Assembly: GCA_964016885.1 (NCBI GenBank)
Contig: OZ024740.1
Coordinates: 349,184,001 to 349,248,000, forward strand
Source: Eledone cirrhosa
Lineage: Eukaryota
Direction: 5' to 3'
DNA: 64,000 nucleotides
Part shown: positions 53,852-64,000 of the stretch, piece by piece
Numbering within the stretch: the first letter of the stretch is position 1
Layout: every line of letters begins with the position of its first letter
Translations under genes and position numbers: made by a program
Notes under the pieces: generated by a model
The model's database searches: none
What the model was told of the DNA's origin: nothing
Seen by the model: only the letters and a program-made list of their open reading frames with translations

Positions 53852-56800
53852 TAATAATAAATTTGAAGACTAAAATCCAAAGAGGGCTCGATAAGGATAA
53901 ATATATATCAAATATATAAGAACCGTAGAGCTACGGTTTTTATATATTTGATATATATTTATCCTTATCGACATCTCTTTGGATTTAAGTCTTCAAATTT
54001 ATTATTATTATTACTATTTGGCTACCTCGGTTGAGCACTCTATTGACTTATATTCATCATGCAGAAACAACATCTGAATATTTCTACAAAGAACATACCC
54101 GTACCAAGCAGGAAACATATCTAAAACTCCTGATACAGAAAACAGACGCGTTCATTAAAAGGTTGCGTTGGCGTGCCTTTTATTTCGATAATCAGGAAAA
54201 AGCAGACAACAAACAGGATAAATTTGGGTTTAAAACCTATAATAACCCTCTGAGTAACCCAGCATTGCTACCCTTCGAAATTGATGTCTTGGAACTCATA
54301 CGGAGTATCAAATTTCAGAATAGGAGCAATTCCTTCAAGCATGACCTGAAGAATATAATTCGTTCTATTAAGGATTCTAATGCCGTGCACGTCCATTCCA
54401 ACAAAACTGGCAATCTATATCAAGTGGGGCGCAGTACTTACCATCAACTGCTACATAATACTGAAACTAAGGATTACCGTAAAACTAATCGGAGCGTCAT
54501 TAATGAAATCAACCATGCTAGGTTTAAAATCACCTCTGATCTCAACATCCTGGACCGGACTGAACCTCTGGACCCTATTTCTCCCCACTTTACTATGAAG
54601 GATCACAAATCCACTTTTCCGAACAACCCCTCTATTCGGCTTATTAACCCTACGGAGTCCGATTTAGGTAGACTTAGTAAAAGGATTCTTGATAGAATTA
54701 TACCTGAAATTAGAAGTTTGGCCCCTCATGCACTGTGGAACAATCTTTCGCGGTGATTGATTGGTTCAACTGCATATGCAACAAGGAACATTGCCGTTTT
54801 ATCCAATTAGAGATCAATAATTACTACTCCTCCATCACTTTACCACTTCTCCTTAGAGCTATCAATTTCGCTAAAACACTCACAGTGGTTAAGGATTTCG
54901 AAGTTGATGTCATCCTCAATGCCCGTAAGTCGGTGATTAATTTCGACGACTCTATTTGGATTAAAAAATCTAATAGCACCCCATTCGACATGAGTATGGG
55001 CGCCAGCGATTCTGCGGAAGTTACTGATCTTATCGGCCTTTTCCTTCTTTTCTCTATCAAGGAAGAATTCCCCAACGTGGGCGGTGGTTTGTACCGTGAT
55101 GATGGTCTTTTGACCATGACTAAGTGCGGCCCACGTGCTTGCGACAGGTTCAGAAAAGAACTCACAGCCTTCTTTAAAGGCTTCAACCTCTCCATACAGG
55201 TTGAGGCCAACCTCTCGGTCGTTAATTACCTCGACGTTACCCTCAATTTATCGAATGGCTTGCATTACCCATATAGAAAGCCGAATGATACGCTTAATTA
55301 CATAAGCAAGCATTCTAACCATCCTGGCAGCATAACCAAGAACCTGGTAAGAAACGTTTCTTTGAGGCTTTCCCGTCTATCTACTAACGAGCATATTTTC
55401 AACGACCATTCCACATATTACAATGAAGCTCTTGCTCGGAGTGGATTTGTCGATAAGGTAGCATATACAGAATACGAGAATAGACCTAGAAGAAATAGAT
55501 CCTGACGCATTATATGGTATAACCCACCATATAATATAGAGGTGGCCACACCATTAGCTAAGATCTTTCTCTCCCTTATTATGAAGCATTTTCCCCCTAC
55601 ACATAAATATAGTAACATTTTTAATAGAAACTAATAAATACTATTAAATACTATTAAAATGTCTTACTCTGCGACTCCTAACCTTGCACATAACATCACA
55701 GCTTCAAATTTAGCTAAACTACCTAGCCGTAGGAACACATGCAACCCTGTAATTAGTACTAACTGTAATTGTAGGAATCGGGTTGACTGCCCCTTATCCG
55801 GGAAATGCCTCTCTAGTAACATTGTCTACAAATGTAAGGTTGAAACACCCACGTCCCGTAGGGCCTACATAGGGTTAACCGCCAATAGATTCAAGCAGCG
55901 TCTTTACATGCATACCCATTCTTTTCATAACCCTTTAAGAAGGAATATGACGTCACTTTCAGCTGATATCTGGAGTCTAAAAGACAACCACACCCAATAT
56001 AAGTTACACTGAGAGATCCTAGCTAGGGCTAGATCGTATAACGGAAATAAAAGACCATGTGACCTCTGCGCCGCTGACGCCCTAGAAATACTCTACGCCA
56101 AAGATCACATCTTAAACAAAAAATCTGAGGCAATTTCGGCTTGTAAACATAAATTGCACAAAACTTTCCTGTATTACAGCCCCACATTATACCCTAACGG
56201 ATAGTACGAACTATACGCGGATATTTTACGGTTTGATGTGGTAGCTAAGTATATGTTATGTTTATATCATTACTTATTTGTATAGGTAAAAATATATATT
56301 ACCTGTATGTTTTGTGAAGGTACGTATACTTTCTCGTACGTATATTTGATTGTATATGTTATGGCGTATATATTATATATTCTGGTACATATGCTTTTGG
56401 TTACGTAAGTTTTGCTTCTGTGTTAGTATGCGGGTTCGTACGTTTGTAGGGTGTATGTATATGTGTACTTTGTGTTTTGGTTGACGTACGTCTCCGAACA
56501 TATGTGTATGTACATGTAGGTATGTGTGTGCGCTTGTTATATACGTATTTATTTATTTATATACGTTTATTTAATTATATGTATACACGCACACACACAC
56601 ACATATATATATTTTTTTTTTTTATATATATTTTTACGTGTATTTGGTGTATACATTCGTATGCGTGCGGGTACAGGCGTTGCGTGGGTTCTGTATGTGC
56701 GTGCGGGCTTTTTTTCTTCTTTTTTTGTGTGTACGTACGTGTATGTGTATACCTATGGCGAGCGTTTTCGCGTATGCTTGTGTATGTTCGTATATGGATG

Positions 56801-57316
56801 CGTGCATGTATTTATTTAATTTCAATTACCTATGTATTTTATTTACTTTATTCTTAACTCTGAAGCCGAGAATCATTCGGTTTCCTAGTTAGAATTTTAA
56901 TCTACGACTTCAGTTATACCATTTACGTGGTTTTGTCTTTGCGTGCAATTGTTCTCCACACTCCACATATGACGTATTATCTTCGCTTTTTCCGTTCATT
57001 GCCAGAGAACGTCTCTATGAACCACCTAATAGAATATTAGTCTACGACTTCTTTTATACCATAAACGTGGTTTTGTCTTTGCGTGTAATTGTTTTTCACC
57101 GCTCCAAATAATGACGTATTATATTCGTTTTTTCCCGTTCTTTGCCAGGGAACGTTTCCACGAAGCAAAGTATCGTCTTCCTATCTTCCTCCGGTTGCAA
57201 CGCTTTTTGAAATATTTACTTCTGCGTTCACAGATTGACTTTGTTAGTTTCAGAAGATCCCGTTAAGGGTGAAAGCAGCAATTCTTTGCTTAAACTTTAA
57301 TCTGTTATTTTAATAA
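53850..57316 (+). mobile_element. Near-complete Nematis-like Penelope element (frameshifted RT plus GIY-YIG, 5' inverted terminal piece, 3' UTR)
   Basis: FIKRLRWRA, KDHK..F..RLINP, MGASDSAEV, GLYRDDGL, NYLDVTLNL, SNHP, WYNPP, CNCRNRVDCPLSGKCL, IVYKC..YIGLT. Hairpin at 53850-54015 and terminal hammerhead-like motif at 57246-57296. Confidence 0.9.
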
Positions 57317-57331
57317 ATATATATATATATT

Positions 57332-57380
<49 letters not shown>

Positions 57381-57422
57381 GTGTGTGTGTGTGCGTGTGT
57401 GCGTTTGCGTGTGTGGGGTGTG

Positions 57423-57504
<82 letters not shown>

Positions 57505-58802
57505 GCAAGTATTGCACCAAGAAAAATAAAACGTCGGCAAGAGATTAGGAGTTTATTTACATTGGCATATGTTTTTCTGATTATTATAAATTGTCTACAT
57601 ATGCAGACTACATTATCTATTGTTCAATCATCTGCCATACTTAATTATTTATTACACTTCATCAGAAAGCTTATAGTAGTGGAATTCAACTATTCACAAC
57701 GCGGTAGGATTCATCAAAGGGATTTTCGTTTAAGAGAATGTAAATAAGTTTAAAATAGAATGAAATAGAGTCAGTGAGTGTGAGAGTAGAGAGGAGAAGG
57801 AGTGGGGATAAAGAGATTTTCACTATTAATCAGTGTTCTGTGGTGTGGAGCAATTATTCTTTGACCATTGGTATAGGTGAAGGATTTGAAGGTATAAAGC
57901 AAGAGACAGAAAAGGAGAGAGTAGAAATTAAGAAGAGGCTAGAGTGGGTAAAGAGGAAGGGAAATAAGAAAATGATTGTTTTGAATATTATTGATCCTTT
58001 GGATAGGTGTGAAAAGTTCAATTGTCACAGGAAATGTACTAAAAAGGATGTAGTAAAACCTAAACATTAAGGATCGAATCTTGTTCTATTCCAGTTTGTA
58101 TTCAGCGAAGGATTTTATAACCTTGTGTTATATATGTATGTGTGTGTTTGTATGTTTTTGAGTGTGTATATTTGTAAGTGTGTCTGGTTTGCGCGTTTAT
58201 GTTTATATTCACATAAAAGCACGCACACATGTGTACACATACGCATTATCGGGTTGAAAAACATTCTAGTATTTTAATGAATATATATATATAAATATAT
58301 ATAGCAAAAGAATGAAGAATAACCTGGTCGGCTGTACAATAGGGTTTATTTACAGTATTAGAAATTGTTTCTTTAGTCCGATGTGTCTAAAAGTTGCTGA
58401 TCGTTAGAAGCTACGTCACTCGACCTTAAATACAGTCGATGCCCGACCAATACGTCAGAATACAGTGCGCTAGTAATTCATGTGGAATATGGTGTAACTA
58501 TTATTATCAATCAGGCAGATTATTATTAATAAATATGTATATACACTGACTGAACAAAAATCGCAGGATCAAGTTCTCAGTGTCACAGCTGACAGTTTAA
58601 CATCTTACCTGAATATTAACATAATCAATAAATGTCTTGGACAGTTTAGAAAAATTAAAAAAACAAAATATCAAACTCGAAATTTATTATCACATTTTAT
58701 TTTATTAAATATAAAAATACGATTATTTTATAAAGCAATTAATTCTCATAAAAATATAAATTTTCAATATAAAGGTTATCACAATATATATATAATATAT
58801 AC

Positions 58803-59650
58803 TGAAAAAATGAAACGAAATTTCATTTCTCACTCTTAGTACGGCTGTTACTTAAATATAAGTATGTATACGTACATACATATATGTATACAGACGTACA
58901 GTAGTATGTATACATATATGTGTGCATGTATTATACATACAGTAGTATGTATAATACATGCACACATATATATATGTACGTATGGATTCACCGAACATTT
59001 ATTATAATGCTCGGTGTGTTTGTAAACAAACATCCCGAATTAAGCCGTACAGTGTATATATATATACATACATGCACACATATATATATGTACGTATGGA
59101 TTCACCGAACATTTATTATAATGCTAAACAAACATCCCGAATGTATATATATATACATGTATATATATATACATACTACTGTACGTCTGTATACATATAT
59201 GAATGTACGTATACATACTTATATTTAAGTAACTAAGAGTGAGAAATGAAATTTCGTTTCATTTTTTCCGTTTATCGTTTTCGGTACCCCGGCCGATTAA
59301 CTCACTCGATATGCAAATTAGGCTGCTCAACCGTTAATATGCATAAGGAAAGTATATACTTTCAGACGTTCAATCATCTGACAGGAAGGTATACGTAGCT
59401 GACGATAGCTAATAAGCTTGAAACTAGTACAGCGTTCCTTTGCCAGTGTTGAACAAATGAGCAGCGATGGTTTCTAGACACCGTACGGCTTAATTCGGGA
59501 TGTTTGTTTACAAACAAAGCGAGCATTATAATAAATGTTCGGTGAATCCATACGTACATATATATATATATGTGTGCATGTATGTATATATATATACATA
59601 CTACTGTGCGTCTGTATACATATATGTATGTACGCATACATACTTATATT
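58803..59650. mobile_element. Retrozyme-like family A, fold-back copy downstream of IL-17
   Basis: Octamer at 59311-59318 and hammerhead at 59393-59435 (+). Closest to the 24806 copy. Confidence 0.75.
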
Positions 59651-59893
59651 TATATAATATATATTGTAAATATAGTAAAGCTTAGAAACAGTGAAGTTTA
59701 GAAAGTAAAAATTAAGATTGGAAGATACATAGTTTGAGGATTATATTTTGAAAAAATCGAATATTCGATAAGGATATGTAAGGATATATATATATATATA
59801 TATATTTAGGTTTGTTGGATGGTCAGTCCTCCTCTTGTCTATGATTTTCAGCCCCATGGATTTTATCTGTTATATTCCTTTGATATATTTCGA

Positions 59894-59951
59894 ATACCTG
59901 ATGATATAACCGGATTCATACGGAACCCGGTCATTGAAATTATCATAGTAT
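59894..59951 (+). ncRNA. Type I hammerhead in a PLE-end relic (homolog about 20660-20710 on minus)
   Basis: atac-CTGATGA-tataaccgg...ccggtcatt-GAAA-ttatca-TA-gtat, then aataaa. Confidence 0.6.
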
Positions 59952-60121
59952 AATAAACCTTTCAAGGATTTACCCAAGTCCAGCCTCCTGTTATTTTATT
60001 ATAATATATATATATATATGTATATATAAAACAAAAACCACATGGTGGTCAACTGAATGTTTCATATCATGAATACATTTTGCGTTACAACGCAGTTTTA
60101 TAATTTTCAATATGACTGCTT

Positions 60122-60646
60122 TTATTCCTCATACTCGTTATTTCCCTTAGTTATCACATCAACTTTCCGTGCATAAACACAGGATGTTGCCACATTTATT
60201 ACAATTGGACTATACACATAAAGTCCATTATCACATGTACCTGTATGATTGAGGACTGTCATTTTAGTATATACTGACTCACATTGGTGATTTTTGTCGG
60301 GGAACTCAACATTATCCCCACGACATACTACTTCTGTACGTGATGGAGGGAAGATTGTTGGATCATGGATAATCTTCAGGTTCCAAGGACAAATTGAACG
60401 TTCATGGACGAGATCAGAAGAAACAGCAGGTGTTGTACTTGTTTCATTCTCTCGTGACAGTGTTGTATCGTTATTTACTGCTGGAGCCATTTCAGCATGT
60501 AGAAAGAATTTATTGCCGATGTCTGCACTGGATAAACTCTCGTATTGGTCTTTTAGGTCAGTTGGTATTTCACATTGGATCTGGATTGGTGCCGAAGTCA
60601 CAATTAAGATATAGTTGACGAGAAGAATGACAATCTGTACGAGAAC
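60122..60646 (-). CDS. IL17: Interleukin-17-like cytokine, exon 2 (174 of 179 aa)
   Basis: Open frame after acceptor tttatatattgcag. Hydrophobic signal VLVQIVILLVNYILIVTSA. IL-17 motifs ERSICPW, DPTIFP..EVVC, C.SVY..MTVL, C..G.Y.Y, VATSC. Sequons NDT, NET, NHT. Confidence 0.9.
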   Translation of the reverse strand, partial: VLVQIVILLVNYILIVTSAPIQIQCEIPTDLKDQYESLSSADIGNKFFLHAEMAPAVNNDTTLSRENETSTTPAVSSDLVHERSICPWNLKIIHDPTIFPPSRTEVVCRGDNVEFPDKNHQCESVYTKMTVLNHTGTCDNGLYVYSPIVINVATSCVYARKVDVITKGNNEYEE

Positions 60647-62092
60647 CTGCAATATATAAAATATTATATCAAAGAGTGCTTCATAATTTTAATGTGACAC
60701 TTATTCAGATAAACAAATCAGAAAATAATAGTTGAGATGATTTGAAAATAGCTGACCAGAAAAATACATATATTTAACGAAGATTATATGAGAGAAGTGT
60801 GTGTGTGTGGCGGGGGGGGGGGAGTATTATAACAATGAAGATGAAATAGAGTAGAGATATTATTGCCAATTTAAACGTTTATTACTGCTACATAAAGAAG
60901 TGGTTTTTCTCCGTAGTCTAAGAAGTTAGACTTGAATATGTGACATTTCAGAAAAAATAATACACTCGCTCATGAAACAAAGTAAACATCTTTAGATCAT
61001 CTCATTCATTAGTAAATTTATAACTTGGGGTTGCAGATGTAATGCAGTGTTGCTGTGTAATTACTTACCCATATATATATTTCTACTTTTTTCGGATTAG
61101 TTGAGTGGAATGGTGTCATTATATATACTGTTATATAGTCCAACATATATACTATACTGGCTGCCAACAATCCCAACGATCGCTAATATTCCTTTCACCC
61201 TTTCGAAATTGATAAATAAATACCGGTCCAGTACTACTGCAGATACTTCCCCCATATTTCTATCTCACTCCATATCACAACAATGTCTCACAATCTATGG
61301 AAAACATTGTATGTGATCAGAGCAAGTGATTACATAGGCTCTTCTTAAAGTTAAAATATGTCCCAGAATCCACTCTAAGTTATGGATAGGTTAGAAGGGA
61401 AGAAAGAAAGAGAGGAAACTAAAAAGAGGTAATACTATATGAGTTTCTAATATAGTTTCTAATTTCACACATGAATTACCAATCGTTAGGATGCTATTAG
61501 TCATATAATTCTGCAATACATTTTGCCAATGTAACATTTAGAACCTGTCTAACCTGTTAAAATATTTTCAATATGTTTATTATTTCTATGATTATTTCAG
61601 AACCTCATAATACTGGTATTTTATTTAACTACATAAATGTATCTCTATTTAAGGCTAACATTACCCATATTAAATTATTATATTTATTATTATTTTACAT
61701 TAGTTACATATGTTACATGTGATCCCAGTTCAATTCTTACTGCATCTCATCTCTTAAATTTTCAGGTCAAAGTTAATTCTTCTGATAACGTAGATAATAG
61801 TTTTAACAATATACTAACTCACAGTGAAAAATACATTAGATAACCCAACATAAACCTACATTAATATAAATTAAACATCTAATAGTAATCTGCAGTGAGG
61901 TATAAAGACAAGAAATCCTACTGGGGTGCAATCGTTTCATACATATATTGTCATAGGAAATCATATGTGTCAATTTAAGTTATTTCAAGTAAATAGCATT
62001 TTTGTTAAACTTTCTTTACCCATAACTATGTATTACTACATAACTACATAAAGGAATATATGAGATAATAATATTAATTAATCGTTACTTAC

Positions 62093-62107
62093 ATTAGTTA
62101 TCTTCAT
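62093..62107 (-). CDS. IL17: IL-17-like gene, exon 1 coding part (MKITN)
   Basis: ATG AAG ATA ACT AAT|GTAAGT gives a phase-0 join to exon 2 (intron 60647-62092). Conserved in the paralog at 17742-17756. Confidence 0.75.
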
Positions 62108-62209
62108 TATATTGGTGTGTTCACTTGGAAATGGAAAATATGAAGGAAACAGTAAGATATTTTACAAACGAGACGTGTATTTGTTCAGTTCTCAAAGTGA
62201 TAAACTTTT

Positions 62210-62470
62210 GTAATTAAATAATTCGTGATATTATTTACTTATATACACGAGGGACCGGTAGCGGAATTGACATCAAACGTTAGTCATAATGTAGTGGGAA
62301 TAATGGAAGTCATTTATAAATATATAGAGACGGAACTATCAACTATACGGGAAAGTTTACATCCGATGAAGTAAAGTAGAAGTACTTATATCTTTTATTG
62401 GAAATATACATATTTATAGTATCCCGCATAAATAATGTCCAATATATTATGTTATCAGCTAAAATAACAG
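62210..62470 (-). promoter_or_regulatory. IL-17 core promoter with TATA box
   Basis: TATATAA on minus at 62239-62245, about 130 nt upstream of the ATG. Block conserved with 17860-18080. Confidence 0.6.
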
Positions 62471-62884
62471 ATTAACATGTATATATATTATTTGTTCATT
62501 CTATATCGTAACCTGCAAAATGTGTTTTTCTGTGTTTTGGTCACCGTATATTTGTTGATAGCATTATTCCATTTATATATCCGTATTCTAACATAGACAG
62601 AAGGCTTCAACTTCATGGAAAGGAAGCAGTCAATTACATCGTCACATGGAATGTAGTAGTTGCCACTTTAATTCCTTGGCTCCGGAAGCACTGTAAATAA
62701 TAGGGAACTTAGTCGGAGATATTTTCAAACATGAACGGACTATATAAATATTGTAAGGCATTATATCTGAGACTCTAAGGATTCTACCAAGTAATAATAT
62801 GCCATATATTTAGATGGTAGACAGAGAGATTTTTGCGGCGTCAGAATGTTTTATCTGGTAATTATCTGGGAAATAATTCTTTCT

Positions 62885-63055
62885 ACATTTGGAACAAGGC
62901 CAGCAATAAACCAGTGCATTACTGGTACTTTATTTTATCGATCCCGTAAGGATGAAAGGCAAAGTTAACCTCGGCGGGATTTGAACTCAGAATGGCAAAG
63001 GACGTTACTCTATGCGTCAAAGCATGGCGTCCGACCCTCTACCGATACCGCCAAT
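62885..63055 (-). mobile_element. tRNA-derived SINE, same family as 4320-4527
   Basis: Reverse complement of the family sequence. Confidence 0.8.
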
Positions 63056-64000
63056 CCACCAACCCAATTATCTGGGAAATAATGTTCTAGTTTCAGATAA
63101 GATTAATCCTAATTTTCATTTTTATTCTTACGGCATCGATAATAATCTATATTATTTGTCAGGGTTCGCCTTCATTAACTATATCTTCCCCGAATGTATT
63201 TTGTTTGGGGCCAGTGAGAGAATTCAAATATATTTCGGTCGAACGTTTTATGTGTTCTAGAAATGCTGCGCTATACTATGTGCATATTTTGCTAAACCGA
63301 TATATTGTATGTGTCGTTATAATTATTTCAATTGTGACTGAATTAAAGTCAAGCTCCAGTTTAATTGTCGACCAGATATCTATGCTAATTCTACAAATCG
63401 AATACTCTAGTTATATCACACCTGCGGTCTTTGAGGAAGCACATAGTATACGCAGCCCCTCTTTGTGATATACTTCATGTTCATTATGAGGAAAAGCATA
63501 TCACATAATGTATGCCAAAGTAATATCGCAGAAACAAGTTTAGTTTAGAAACAAGAGATATTTTGCAGGACATTATTTCAATGTCGGTAATAAATACCAA
63601 TGATGTTCCTGGAAACAGTCGTGGCTCTATGGTCAAAACGTGAACGTTTCAACAATATTTCTCAGGATTTTGGTCACCACACTTGAAATATTATGCTAGG
63701 CACGAGACTCTACTATATAACGTAGATTTTAATTTTCATGTATAATTTGTGTATGCAGTTTATTTATATATGTATGTGTATATTTAAATTTAGATGAATT
63801 CATATACTTTTAAAAGGATGACCACATATAGGCTTGTATTTTCTCCAATATACTTCAAATAGATAATATAAAAAAGAATTACGTAGGAGAGTAATATCGA
63901 ACATAAAAGATAATCCTAGAAGAAAAACAGGAGAAAAGAAGATGGAAGGAACGTTTTACACTGTACGTTTTGCCAATACCTTGTTCTAAAAGCAAGCAGG

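Noticed and set aside
60647-60652. TTG start of the 176 aa ORF
   Set aside because: It is part of the acceptor ttgcag; a conserved upstream exon supplies the ATG.
61061-61075. Alternative first exon ATGG|GTAAGT on minus
   Set aside because: Phase 1 does not match the phase-0 acceptor, and I see no counterpart in the paralog.

Overview
AT-rich, repeat-dominated eukaryotic DNA, most likely octopod cephalopod (inferred from the SINE families and IL-17 content). The only host gene I can support is a two-exon IL-17-like cytokine gene on the minus strand (exon 1 62093-62107, exon 2 60122-60646, TATA about 62239-62245). It has a decayed paralog at 13647-17756 and a probable third relic near 51434-52247. 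The rest is nested mobile DNA in (TA)n and (TAA)n microsatellites: Penelope-like elements (Neptune-, Nematis- and Naiad-like), R4/Dong, Tx1 and RTE LINE fragments, and tRNA-derived SINEs. Reading by eye, more than a dozen distinct type I hammerhead ribozyme families occur, usually in fold-back insertions. Two related non-coding 425-465 bp retrozyme-like families pair a minimal hammerhead with a conserved upstream octamer (ATGCAAAT). A 320 bp family carries a compensatory U3-A8 hammerhead core within covarying hairpins. Most short ORFs in the track are microsatellite or antisense artefacts. All calls are by eye, with no database search; boundaries are approximate to about 10 bp unless a motif is quoted.
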